A DNA stretch of 64,000 nt from Desulfuromonadales bacterium. Its GTDB lineage: Bacteria > Desulfobacterota > Desulfuromonadia > Desulfuromonadales > JAAXQG01. Shown piece by piece: positions 32,818 through 42,129 of the stretch; positions within the stretch are counted from its first letter, which is position 1; every line of letters begins with the position of its first letter. The stretch covers positions 4,247 to 68,246 of the forward strand of contig JAAXQG010000005.1 of assembly GCA_012974445.1 (NCBI GenBank), in the 5' to 3' direction. The position numbers were made by a program, and so were the translations under genes. The notes beneath the pieces were generated by a model that worked only from the letters and a program-made list of their open reading frames with translations, did not search any database and was not told the origin of the DNA.

Positions 32818-33354
32818 TCAATGGGCACGATCAAAAAATGGACTTTTACCTGTTACAGACAGAGGGATTGCGTAGGCCATAGACACCTCCTCGGGAAATA
32901 GATTCAGCTCGATGGCCGCTTTTCCCGCCGAATACATGATGCGATTGTCCAGGCGAAGGTCAGCCGCCCTGCTTGCAGCTGACCCCAGGGCGATCCCCAG
33001 ATCAGTGCTGTTAAAGGAACAGGTTCCACCGGCAGCGCTCATGGCAGCGCAATCCTCGAAGCCACAAAAACCGCAGTGCGGAATCCCCAGCGGCTCCTTG
33101 ATTGAGCCGATGAGCACAATTACCATGCAGTCCTGGATATTTCCGGCGTCACGCTCAAAAAAAGACAGGGCATCTCGCTGAGCGATTTCCTTCATTTTCA
33201 AAGCTAGCGCGTCCTTATCGGAACCCGTCAGGATGAGGGTCGTGAGGAGATCTCTCCCCTTGCCTTTGGGGGCTGTTCGGGCCGCAACGCAAAGGGACTC
33301 GGCACATCGTAGCAGAACTTCTTCGTCCGACTCCCGGTTGATTCTCAACATCAT
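32818..33354 (-). CDS. DUF2148 / ferredoxin-domain-containing protein (COG4739-like)
   Basis: The 178-aa protein carries the cysteine cluster HCGFCGFEDCA...GGTCSFN. Overall it resembles the uncharacterised ferredoxin-domain family. Confidence 0.65.
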   Translation of the reverse strand: MMLRINRESDEEVLLRCAESLCVAARTAPKGKGRDLLTTLILTGSDKDALALKMKEIAQRDALSFFERDAGNIQDCMVIVLIGSIKEPLGIPHCGFCGFEDCAAMSAAGGTCSFNSTDLGIALGSAASRAADLRLDNRIMYSAGKAAIELNLFPEEVSMAYAIPLSVTGKSPFFDRAH

Positions 33355-33372
33355 TACACCTCCTGGATCAGT

Positions 33373-34284
33373 CTATGGGGACAAACTCTTTTCCGGTCCA
33401 GAGCAACCCTGCAGTCCGGAATTTAAATCGGGATACCTTAACCCATTTTTCAACAATTCCCCAAGACGATCGTTTCGCAGGCGCTTTGATTCGCGAAAGT
33501 AGGAAAGCATCTCGGGGCTAAGCTTCTTCTCCAGGACGGCCATGGACTCCACAATTGGCAGGGGCAGAGCGAATTGCCGAGCAATCTCGTAAAAATACCG
33601 GCTCATGGGCAAAGGGTGGCCATCGCAGGCATGAACCACCGAGAAGGCTCCAGCCTGATCCATGGCGGCAAGACAGGCTGTCACCAGATCTTCTTCGTGG
33701 ATCAGATTGACGAAGGATGACTCCTGATCTGGCGGCACGCTCATCCCGTCGCGAAGGCGGGCCAGGGGGAAGCGCCCGGGTCCATAGATCCCAGCCACAC
33801 GCAGCACTGTCAAGGCTGTAGCGCTCTGCTGCGCCCAGAGACTGAACTGCTCTTCAGCACTCTGACGCCTGCGGCTTCGTTCGTTTTGCGGATTCATCAT
33901 GGCAGTCTCGTCGATCCAGGCACCCCTGCAATCACCGTAGACCCCCGTCGTGCTTAAATAGACCAGCCCCTTGACCGAAGTATCCCCGAGGGCGACCCGG
34001 CAGAAATTGAGAACCCGCAGGTCACTGCTGCCAGACGATGCAGGAGGGGCCAGATAGAAGATCCGGGCAGGAGCCTCAGCGACCCCAACCAGGCTTGCGG
34101 GATCGTCCAGATCGGCAAGTACCGCAGCAATCCCCATCGCCTCAAGCTCGGCCGCCCGTTGGGCCGAGCGCACCAGGGCCCGAACCCTCTGCCCGCAGGC
34201 CAGCAGACGCAGGGCAAGTTTCTCTCCGACCTTGCCGCAACCGACAATGAGGTTGGAGGCACCGGACAGCTCAATAGAGTCCAT
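33373..34284 (-). CDS. NAD(P)-dependent epimerase/dehydratase family (extended SDR) protein
   Basis: The Rossmann motif is LIVGCGKVGEKLA. The start is moved to ATG 34284 (MDSIELSG...), which overlaps the upstream UbiD-like stop by 14 nt. Confidence 0.7.
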   Translation of the reverse strand: MDSIELSGASNLIVGCGKVGEKLALRLLACGQRVRALVRSAQRAAELEAMGIAAVLADLDDPASLVGVAEAPARIFYLAPPASSGSSDLRVLNFCRVALGDTSVKGLVYLSTTGVYGDCRGAWIDETAMMNPQNERSRRRQSAEEQFSLWAQQSATALTVLRVAGIYGPGRFPLARLRDGMSVPPDQESSFVNLIHEEDLVTACLAAMDQAGAFSVVHACDGHPLPMSRYFYEIARQFALPLPIVESMAVLEKKLSPEMLSYFRESKRLRNDRLGELLKNGLRYPDLNSGLQGCSGPEKSLSP

Positions 34285-36127
34285 GAAGCGGTCCTCCTTT
34301 GGCTGCCAGAGCATCAACCCGGGCCTCAACTTCTGGGTCAGGATCGAGGCTGGGGGCATGATGGGGCTTGATTCGGGCATCGATCACCACAGCTCCCATG
34401 GCGCCCCAGTGCTTCGCATCGGTAAAAGCATCGACGCCGTAAATATCCGCTGCAGGATCGGAACGGGTGAAGGTCACCCAGATGAAATTCTCCAGGTTCT
34501 GCGCCGCAAAGCCCGCATCGTCCGCAATGACGACCAGTGGGAAGCGGCACAGGGATGACGAGGCATCAAAGGAGCCGCAAAAGCGCATCAGCTCCGGATC
34601 TTCCCCGGGACAGTGCCGGGTACATGGCGGCCCCTCAATGGTCATGATGCCCGGAGCCGCAACCTGGGGATTTGAGAATCCTTCCGGAAGGCTCAGCTCC
34701 GTCGGTATCTCTACGGGAAGCTCCCGGCGCTTCTCTCCGGCGGCCGCCATGACGACCTTGGACCCCTCGTTAAAGCCTGTACCGCTGTAATCCAGGGTGT
34801 CGATGGTGGTGCGGGTCTGGAAATGGAGATCCCGTCTCCAGTCGATGCGCTCAAGCAGGTGGACAAGGAAGCGCCCCGCATCATGAATATCCAGAGACTG
34901 GTCGTCTTCCCGGGCCGCAATCAGGAGGTATTTTGCCAGGGAAAGCTGTCCTTGCCCCAGAATAGCATTGCCAAGGGTCAGCAGCTCCTGGGGACGGCGC
35001 TTGCTGGCGTAGGGAACATAGCGCTCACTGCCCAGAGCCAGCAGCAGAGGGTGAACCCCCGAAGCGTCCACGGCATGGACGGCGTGTACCCCGGGGAGCA
35101 CATCGGGGATAAGATCCCCGGTCAGCTCGTGAATGAAAGCACCGAAGCTGGAATCCTCCTGAGGGGGGCGCCCGACGGAGGTAAAGGGCCAGATCGCATC
35201 AGGGCGATGATAGATGGCATCGACTTTCAGGACGGGGAAATCATGCACAAGGCTGTAGTACCCCAGATGATCCCCAAAGGGTCCCTCAGGCAGAGTGCGG
35301 GAGGGATCTATGGTTCCGCAGATGCAGAAGTCGGCCTCCGCGGGGATCGGCAGCGCCCCACCCTTCCCTGTCATGGCAATTCGGTGCCCACCGAGAAGGC
35401 CGGCAAAGGAGATCTCAGGCATCCCCTCTGGAAGGGGCATCACGGCGGCGACGGTCATGCTGGGAGGGCCGCCCACGAAGATATTGACCCGCAGGGGCTG
35501 GTTTGATGCGATGGCTTCGGCATGGTGGACGCCGATCCCCCGGTGTATCTGGTAATGGAGTCCCACCTCTTCATTGGTCCGGTATTGATTGCCGCCGAGC
35601 TGCACCCGGTACATGCCCAGATTGGAGTGGCGCAGACCAGGCCTGGAGGGCTGCTCGCTGTAGACCTGAGGCAGGGTGATGAAGGCTCCTCCATCCCGGG
35701 GCCAGGACTTGAGCTGGGGCAATTTGTCGATGCTGGTACGGTGCATCATCACGGGGCCGGAGGAGACGCGACGCGGCAGCAGATTTTTAGCCGCCAGTGG
35801 AGCGCGCAGCAGCGCAGAAGGATGCTTGATCAGGTGGGCCGGATTCAGTTTAAGCTTCACCAGGGTTTCGACGGCATCCAGGCTGTCCCGAAAAAGATAG
35901 CGGGTTCGGTCCAAGGTGCCGAAGAGATTGCCCAGCATGGGAAAGGCGCAGCCCTTGGCGCGGGTGAAAAGCAGAGCCGGCCCTCCGGCCTGGTAGACTC
36001 GGCGCTGGATGACTCCCATCTCAATGTCGGGATCGATTTCATGATCGATCCTCACAAGTCGGTTCGTGCGTTCCAGATCGACGACCGCCGACTGTAAATT
36101 ACGGTATCCCATACTCCCTCCAGACAA
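34271..36127 (-). CDS. UbiD-family (prFMN-dependent) decarboxylase, long 618-aa form
   Basis: UbiD-like sequence runs throughout (GGPALLF, GMYRVQL, NIFVGGPP, AGLLGG). A C-terminal extension of about 120 aa is present. Confidence 0.88.
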   Translation of the reverse strand: MSGGSMGYRNLQSAVVDLERTNRLVRIDHEIDPDIEMGVIQRRVYQAGGPALLFTRAKGCAFPMLGNLFGTLDRTRYLFRDSLDAVETLVKLKLNPAHLIKHPSALLRAPLAAKNLLPRRVSSGPVMMHRTSIDKLPQLKSWPRDGGAFITLPQVYSEQPSRPGLRHSNLGMYRVQLGGNQYRTNEEVGLHYQIHRGIGVHHAEAIASNQPLRVNIFVGGPPSMTVAAVMPLPEGMPEISFAGLLGGHRIAMTGKGGALPIPAEADFCICGTIDPSRTLPEGPFGDHLGYYSLVHDFPVLKVDAIYHRPDAIWPFTSVGRPPQEDSSFGAFIHELTGDLIPDVLPGVHAVHAVDASGVHPLLLALGSERYVPYASKRRPQELLTLGNAILGQGQLSLAKYLLIAAREDDQSLDIHDAGRFLVHLLERIDWRRDLHFQTRTTIDTLDYSGTGFNEGSKVVMAAAGEKRRELPVEIPTELSLPEGFSNPQVAAPGIMTIEGPPCTRHCPGEDPELMRFCGSFDASSSLCRFPLVVIADDAGFAAQNLENFIWVTFTRSDPAADIYGVDAFTDAKHWGAMGAVVIDARIKPHHAPSLDPDPEVEARVDALAAKGGPLHGLY

Positions 36128-36170
36128 GAAACAACATCAACAAAGTCGACATAAGTCACAGACAAATAAA

Positions 36171-36386
36171 CTAAACAGCCTCAACCCTCAAGACTTTGCG
36201 CTGCGCATTACAGATCAGGGCAAAGCGCCCACTGATGCCTCCATGGCGCAACAGAGGAAGCAGAAACTTCGCAGGAAACTGCACCCTCTGGCCATTTTCG
36301 CAGCGCACAACAACCTGGCGCAGCTGCCCCCTGTAGTAGGGAAGAAATTGCTCGGCGCTGATATGCAGGCTGAAATAGTAGGTCAC
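36171..36386 (-). CDS. DUF2835-like small protein
   Basis: A GTG start gives (M)TYYFSLHISAEQFLPYYRGQLRQVVVRCENGQRVQFPAKFLLPLLRHGGISGRFALICNAQRKVLRVEAV (71 aa). This matches my recollection of the roughly 70-aa DUF2835 family. It lies in the C-terminal part of track ORF 36171..36590. Confidence 0.55.
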   Translation of the reverse strand: MTYYFSLHISAEQFLPYYRGQLRQVVVRCENGQRVQFPAKFLLPLLRHGGISGRFALICNAQRKVLRVEAV

Positions 36387-38883
36387 TAGCCCCCGGCAAG
36401 ACTCTTGCGAAGAAGCTCCGAACGAAAAACAGGATCTGCTGCGCCAGGAAGCTGTAACCCTCTCCACCGGCGGCATGAAACTGAGCGGGATTACCCTGAC
36501 AAAAGGCGCCCACCAGGGCACGAACCCGATTGGGATTGTCCGGATTGTAGCAAGGATGCTCCATGAGCTCACGTACCCTCGATAATGCACCAGGTGTGGA
36601 GCTTGCGGCCTGAAGGCTCAACCACTTGTCAACCACCAGCGGGTCGTTCTGCCAGCGGTGATAGAAGGCCGACAGAGCCTCGGGTGCCCGCGAGCTGCCG
36701 GTTTCAAGCAGGGAAGCAAGGGCAGCAATGGTGTCGGTCATGTTGTCCGACTCTCGAAACTGCTCCATGGCAAGAGACTCTCCTTGCTTTGAATCGCAAG
36801 CACAGAGATAACTCAGGCAAAGATTGCGAAGACTGCGGCGACCCATGGCTTCGGCAGTTGGTTGATAAGGGGATCTGCAGGCAAGTCGGACATAAACCTC
36901 CAGCAGCAGCGCTCCGTGCTCGCTCCCCAACAGCCTGCGAAGGCTTTGGCGATGCCGGTGAACGGATTCAGGATCGATCAGCTCAAGCTGCTCTGAAAGG
37001 TATCCTTCAGAAGGCAGGGTCAATACCGCCGCATCCAGCCCCGCATCCCCATTCTTGCTCAGAATCTTCCCGAAGGCATCAATAAGCAGTTCGGTTGTCC
37101 TGACGGAAGAGCGCTGCTCCAGGTCTCCTCGCAGCACTTCCAGCCCCAGGCTCTGGCCGGCGTCCCAGCGATTGAAGGAGTCATCGTCATGGACCATGCG
37201 AAAGGCGAGATCTTCGGCGCGCACCTGATGCTGCAGAATTACCGGCGCGCTAAACCCCCTGAGCAGAGACAGCACCGGCCGCTCTGCAAGGCCGGTGAAT
37301 TCGAACTGCTCTGTCTCTTCCCGAAGCTCCAGCACCCTTTCTCGAGCTTCCCCCTGTCCCTCCTGTCTCAGGGGACAGGGGGTGCCGGCCCCCCCCAGAA
37401 GCGCCATGCGCAAAGGGATGTGGAAAGGGGCTTTTTCCGGCTGATCGGGAGTTGCGGGGCAGCTCTGGGTGAGGCTGAGGCGGTACGTGCCGCAGGCGGG
37501 ATCGAAGTAATCTTCCACCTGAACCCTGGGCGTTCCGGCCTGCTCGTACCAGAGGTGAAACTGCTCAAGATTGCGACCGCTGCTCTGCGCCATGACGGAG
37601 AGGAAATCGTCGATGGTAACGGCCTGTCCATCGAAGCGCTCGAAGTACAGGTCCATCCCCTTTCGGTACCCCTGGGCGCCGAGCAGATTGAAAAGCATCC
37701 GCACCACCTCGGCCCCTTTGTTGTAGATGGTCACGGTATAGAAGTTGTTGATCTCCTCATAGCTCTGGGGGCGCACTGGATGGGCCATGGGGCCCGAATC
37801 CTCAGGAAACTGGTGTTCCCGAAGCACCCGCACATCCTCGATACGTTTGAGGGCCCTGGCGGCCATGTCCGCAGAGAATTCCTGATCCCGAAAGACCGTC
37901 AGCCCTTCCTTCAGGCTGAGCTGGAACCAGTCCCGGCAGGTGATGCGGTTTCCGGTCCAGTTGTGGAAGTATTCGTGACCGATGACCCCTTCCACATTCT
38001 GATAGTCGACATCGGTGGCCGTATCACCCGAGGCCAGCACGTACTTGGAGTTGAAGATATTGAGCCCCTTGTTCTCCATGGCCCCCATGTTGAAATCATC
38101 AACGGCCACAACCATATAGCTGTCCAGGTCATACTCACGCCCATACTGCTGCTCATCCCAGGTCATGGCTCGCTTCAGGGCGCCGATGGCGTAGTCCACC
38201 TTGCGGCGATTGCGCTGCTGAACATAAAATTCGATGGCGACCTGACGCCCCGATGCCGTGACGAAACGGTCGCTCAGGCAGCACAGATCTCCCGCTACCA
38301 GGGCAAAGAGGTAGGAGGGCTTGGGATGAGGATCTTCCCAGCGGGCCATATGGCGACCGTCATCCAGGCGGGCCGAATCGACCCGATTGCCGTTGGAGAG
38401 CAATACCGGGAATTCCGATGCATCGGCGATAAGGGTCGTACTGTAGCGGCTGAGCACATCAGGGCGATCGAGAAACCAGGTGATATGGCGAAAGCCCTCA
38501 GCCTCGCACTGGGTACAGAAATTACCTCCGGAAAGATACAGACCTTCCAGCGCCAGATTAGCCGAGGGATTGATGCGCACCAGGGTTTCAAGCAGGAAAG
38601 AATCCGGAACCTCTGGAAGGCATAGCCCTGATTCATTGACGCGGTAGAGATCGTCCTCCAGAGCGATTCCATCGAGGGAGATCTCCAGCAGTTCCAGATC
38701 GATGCCGTTGAGATGGCAGTGCTGGTCGATAGAGCTGGTTGCTGTATTTCTTCTCATCGCCAGACGACTGCGCACCAGCGTCCGGGTGGGGTGGAGTTCG
38801 ATACGTAGGTCGACGGAATCGATCAGAAAGGGGCTGGGGCGATAGTCGTCCAGGCTGATGATCCGGGGCGTCTGCGATGCCAT
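36208..38883 (-). CDS. pepN: aminopeptidase N (M1 family); 3-prime end anomalous
   Basis: It has GAMEN and HEYFHNWTGNR...E zinc motifs and is PepN-like up to ...FHAAGGEGYSFLAQQIL (near 36430). Beyond that the annotated frame has no PepN similarity and overruns the DUF2835 gene out of frame (see findings). Confidence 0.85.
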   Translation of the reverse strand: MASQTPRIISLDDYRPSPFLIDSVDLRIELHPTRTLVRSRLAMRRNTATSSIDQHCHLNGIDLELLEISLDGIALEDDLYRVNESGLCLPEVPDSFLLETLVRINPSANLALEGLYLSGGNFCTQCEAEGFRHITWFLDRPDVLSRYSTTLIADASEFPVLLSNGNRVDSARLDDGRHMARWEDPHPKPSYLFALVAGDLCCLSDRFVTASGRQVAIEFYVQQRNRRKVDYAIGALKRAMTWDEQQYGREYDLDSYMVVAVDDFNMGAMENKGLNIFNSKYVLASGDTATDVDYQNVEGVIGHEYFHNWTGNRITCRDWFQLSLKEGLTVFRDQEFSADMAARALKRIEDVRVLREHQFPEDSGPMAHPVRPQSYEEINNFYTVTIYNKGAEVVRMLFNLLGAQGYRKGMDLYFERFDGQAVTIDDFLSVMAQSSGRNLEQFHLWYEQAGTPRVQVEDYFDPACGTYRLSLTQSCPATPDQPEKAPFHIPLRMALLGGAGTPCPLRQEGQGEARERVLELREETEQFEFTGLAERPVLSLLRGFSAPVILQHQVRAEDLAFRMVHDDDSFNRWDAGQSLGLEVLRGDLEQRSSVRTTELLIDAFGKILSKNGDAGLDAAVLTLPSEGYLSEQLELIDPESVHRHRQSLRRLLGSEHGALLLEVYVRLACRSPYQPTAEAMGRRSLRNLCLSYLCACDSKQGESLAMEQFRESDNMTDTIAALASLLETGSSRAPEALSAFYHRWQNDPLVVDKWLSLQAASSTPGALSRVRELMEHPCYNPDNPNRVRALVGAFCQGNPAQFHAAGGEGYSFLAQQILFFVRSFFARVLPGASDLLFQPAYQRRAISSLLQGAAAPGCCALRKWPEGAVSCEVSASSVAPWRHQWALCPDL

Positions 38884-39032
38884 GAAACCTCCTTGAAAAG
38901 GGCTCTGGATGAAATTTGCGGACTATAGCAGCAGGACCAATGGATGTCCATTTTGAAGGGGATCAGCAGTTTCCACCAACGGCAATCTATGGCATAGTGC
39001 CTAGTCTAATCTAAAAAAGGATTTCGATATCA

Positions 39033-40142
39033 ATGTACAACGACTATCTCAGCAAAGCCCAGGTCCTCCTGTCCCGTGCCGACCTGCGTCAGATGATTTC
39101 CCTGGTACGCACGCTCTACGCGCTGGGTAACTGTCCCGACTACCAGCGCCTGATCGAAGAGGATTGCCCTGCGGTCGCCCGTTTCGCCCCAGGGCATGAC
39201 TCGGTGATGATGGGCTATGATTTCCACCTCGGTCCCGATGGCCCCAGGCTCATCGAAGTCAACACCAATGCAGGGGGGGGGCTGCTGGCCCATCTGACAC
39301 ATTTTCCGGCACCGAATCTGGAGGCCCTGGATCCCGACCATCGGCTCCTGCGAAGAATCCGAGACACCTTTGCCAAGGAATGGACCCGCTTCTGTTCGAG
39401 TCAGCCTAGAGCGTTGCGGGGACTGGCCATCGTGGACGAAACGCCTGATAATCAGTTCCTGGGGCTCGAGATGAAGGCCTTTGCCCGACTGCTCGCCCCC
39501 CTGGCGCAGCAGGTAGTGGTCATCGATCCCAGCGAGCTTCGGGCGCAAGGATCTCAGCTTTACTTCGAGGAGCTGCCCATCGACATGATCTACAACCGTC
39601 ACTGTGATTTTTATCTCGACAACGCAGCGATGCAGCCGATCCGCAAGGCGTATCTCGAGGGCAGTCTCTGCCTCAGCCCCAACCCCAGGAGCTACGCCCT
39701 GCTGGGAGACAAGCAGCGCCTGTGCCTTTTCTCCAGCGAAGAGGCCCTCGCAGGCTTGTTCATCCCGAAGGATCAGATCGACCTGCTTACCCGTCTGGTT
39801 CCAAGGACTCGGCGACTGGACCAGGTCGATCGGGACGAGTGCTGGAAAAAAAAGAAAAAACTGGTATTCAAACCCAGTACCCAGTTCGGCAGCCTCGGCG
39901 TCTTTATCGGAGCTAAACTGACCCGGGGCCGTTTCGACGAAATGATCCCAGAAGAAACCCTGGTGCAGGAATATATTGCCCCCTCCCGGGTCAGCCTGGA
40001 GAACGAGCAGGAGATGAAGGTCGATCTGAGGCTTTTTGTTTACAGAGATCAGGTCCTGGGCATTACGGCCCGCCTCTATCGGGGACAGGTCACGAACATG
40101 AGAACCGAAGGGGGAGGTTTCGCAAGGGTACGTCTGGTCTGA
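39033..40142 (+). CDS. glutathionylspermidine-synthase-like / circularly permuted ATP-grasp amidoligase family protein
   Basis: MMGYDFHLGPDGPRLIEVNTNAGGG lies near the N-terminus. Later come LVFKPSTQFGSLGVFIG, LVQEYI and DLRLFVY...RTEGGGFARV. This motif order is as in GspS-type pre-ATP-grasp ligases. The assignment is from motif recollection only. Confidence 0.5.
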   Translation: MYNDYLSKAQVLLSRADLRQMISLVRTLYALGNCPDYQRLIEEDCPAVARFAPGHDSVMMGYDFHLGPDGPRLIEVNTNAGGGLLAHLTHFPAPNLEALDPDHRLLRRIRDTFAKEWTRFCSSQPRALRGLAIVDETPDNQFLGLEMKAFARLLAPLAQQVVVIDPSELRAQGSQLYFEELPIDMIYNRHCDFYLDNAAMQPIRKAYLEGSLCLSPNPRSYALLGDKQRLCLFSSEEALAGLFIPKDQIDLLTRLVPRTRRLDQVDRDECWKKKKKLVFKPSTQFGSLGVFIGAKLTRGRFDEMIPEETLVQEYIAPSRVSLENEQEMKVDLRLFVYRDQVLGITARLYRGQVTNMRTEGGGFARVRLV

Positions 40143-40266
40143 GCTTTTCAACAATCAGAGCCTTGGTCTCCAACTTCCTGAGGCTGCCCCTTGCTGATAT
40201 CGGGATTCTGCAAAGTTACAGCATCGACATAAAGATTTAATTTTATTAAATGAGGTGGAGGAACCG

Positions 40267-42120
40267 ATGGATACTATTCTCTCACTGATAGAGCGAAGTG
40301 TTCGAAACTTTCCGGACAAACCCGCGCTTCGGCAAAAACGTCTCGGGCACTGGAAGGAAACCAGCTACGCCAGACTCTGGGAGACTTCCGACCAGATCGC
40401 GGCGGGACTGCTCCAGCAGGGGGTCAAGCCCGGTGAGCACCTGGCAATTCTCGCGCCTTCCTCGCCATCCTGGGTTGCCACCTATCTGGCCATCCTCAAG
40501 GCTTCGGCCGTAGTCGTCCCCGTCGACAAGGACCTTAAAGACTCGGAGCTGCGCCATGTGCTCGGGCACAGCGACAGCCGCATTCTTTTTACCACCGAGC
40601 AATATCTCGAAACGATTCTTGAAATCAGGGGCGCACTGCCGCTGCTGGAAAAAATTGTCATCCTCCCCCCTCAGGGCGAATGCTCTGCCCCCGGACACCG
40701 GGATCAGGAGCTTCAGTTGGTGCTCGACGACTGGCAGGATCTGCTTCAGGAGCTTCAGGTTCCCACCCAACAGGCAGCGAAACTTGAATCGATCGTGGAG
40801 CGCATTCATGCCCTGAGCGCCAAGGAAAACGCACCGAAAAAATCCATAAAAACCGGCAAGCCCCTCTTCTCCCCCCTGCTAAAATTCAAACGAAGCCTGG
40901 AAAAACCGGAGTTCCTGCTGCGCCTGGATCAGCTCAGCGGAGATCAGCCCCCTGCCCTGCCCTGCCCGGAGCCTGGTCAATGCGCGGCGATCCTCTATAC
41001 CTCCGGGACCACGGGACGCTCCAAGGGTGCGATGCTCTCCCAGAACAATATCCTGAGCAACATTCAGGCAGCAGTCGAGGCCTACCAGCTCGATGAGCGG
41101 ATGCACACCCTCTCGTTTCTCCCCATCAATCATGTTTTCGAGCAGGTCCTGGGGATACTGCTGCCCCTGTCTCTGGGGGGCACCGTCAGCTTCGCCGAAT
41201 CCATCAAGAAAATCGCCGATAACCTCTCCGAGGTGAAACCTTCCTTCCTGCTGGCGGTACCAGACCTCTATCGGAGAATTTTTGATCGTATCAGCAAAGG
41301 GATTCAGGAAAAAAGCATCGCCAACCTGCTCTTTCACCTGCCGCTGACGCGGGATATTGTCACCCGCAAAATACGCAGCAGCCTGGGTGCGGGCACCATT
41401 TTCATCAGCGGTGGCGCGGCTCTGGACCCCACTGTGGCTCTGGGACTACGGCGCTTCGGACTTCAGATATACCAGGGCTACGGCATCACCGAGACCTCTC
41501 CTGTCATCAGCGCCGAGATCCCCAATCTCTCCCGTGCGGGTACGGTGGGAAAACCCTTCAGGGATATCGAGGTAAAAATCCTCTCCCCTGATGCCCAGGG
41601 GGAGGGGGAAATCGCCGCCAGGGGGCCCAATGTCATGCAGGGTTATTATAAGGACGAGACCGCCACCCGGGAGGTGCTCAAGGACGGCTGGTATCACACG
41701 GGGGATCTGGGGCGGATCGACGAGGAGGGATTTCTGCACATTTGCGGACGGGTCAAAAACCTGATCGTCACCCCCAACGGCAAGAACGTTTATCCCGAGG
41801 AGATCGAAGAGGCACTGCTGAAAAGTCTACTGATTGCCGAGGTCATGGTCTACGGACACAGGGAAGGCACGAGCGAGGAAGTCTACGCCATCATCTATCC
41901 TGACCCCGAAGAGGTCGACCGCCGCACCCCGACAGAGCGCAGCAGCGGACTGTCGAGGCACGAACTCGAGGCGATGGTACGAGCAGAGGTCAATGCGATC
42001 TGCCGGAAAATGGCCGACTATAAACGGGTGAGGAAATTCAGCCTTCGCGACGACGAGTTCCCCAAAACCACGACCCGCAAAATCAAACGGTATGTGGTTG
42101 AACGGGACGTACCCGCCTGA
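40267..42120 (+). CDS. AMP-forming long-chain acyl-CoA synthetase (COG1022-like)
   Basis: It has the AMP-binding motif YTSGTTGRSKGAMLS, plus GYGITETS, TGDLGRIDEEGF and a C-terminal TTRKIKR. The start is ATG 40267, preceded by GAGGTGGAGG. Confidence 0.88.
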   Translation: MDTILSLIERSVRNFPDKPALRQKRLGHWKETSYARLWETSDQIAAGLLQQGVKPGEHLAILAPSSPSWVATYLAILKASAVVVPVDKDLKDSELRHVLGHSDSRILFTTEQYLETILEIRGALPLLEKIVILPPQGECSAPGHRDQELQLVLDDWQDLLQELQVPTQQAAKLESIVERIHALSAKENAPKKSIKTGKPLFSPLLKFKRSLEKPEFLLRLDQLSGDQPPALPCPEPGQCAAILYTSGTTGRSKGAMLSQNNILSNIQAAVEAYQLDERMHTLSFLPINHVFEQVLGILLPLSLGGTVSFAESIKKIADNLSEVKPSFLLAVPDLYRRIFDRISKGIQEKSIANLLFHLPLTRDIVTRKIRSSLGAGTIFISGGAALDPTVALGLRRFGLQIYQGYGITETSPVISAEIPNLSRAGTVGKPFRDIEVKILSPDAQGEGEIAARGPNVMQGYYKDETATREVLKDGWYHTGDLGRIDEEGFLHICGRVKNLIVTPNGKNVYPEEIEEALLKSLLIAEVMVYGHREGTSEEVYAIIYPDPEEVDRRTPTERSSGLSRHELEAMVRAEVNAICRKMADYKRVRKFSLRDDEFPKTTTRKIKRYVVERDVPA

Positions 42121-42129
42121 GAAGCGATC

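Noticed and set aside
36387-36590. The N-terminal 68 codons of track ORF 36171..36590 (MHYRGYVSSWSILATIRT...).
   Set aside because: This part overlaps well-conserved PepN coding sequence in another frame. Only the distal 71 codons, from GTG 36386, look like a real DUF2835-like protein.
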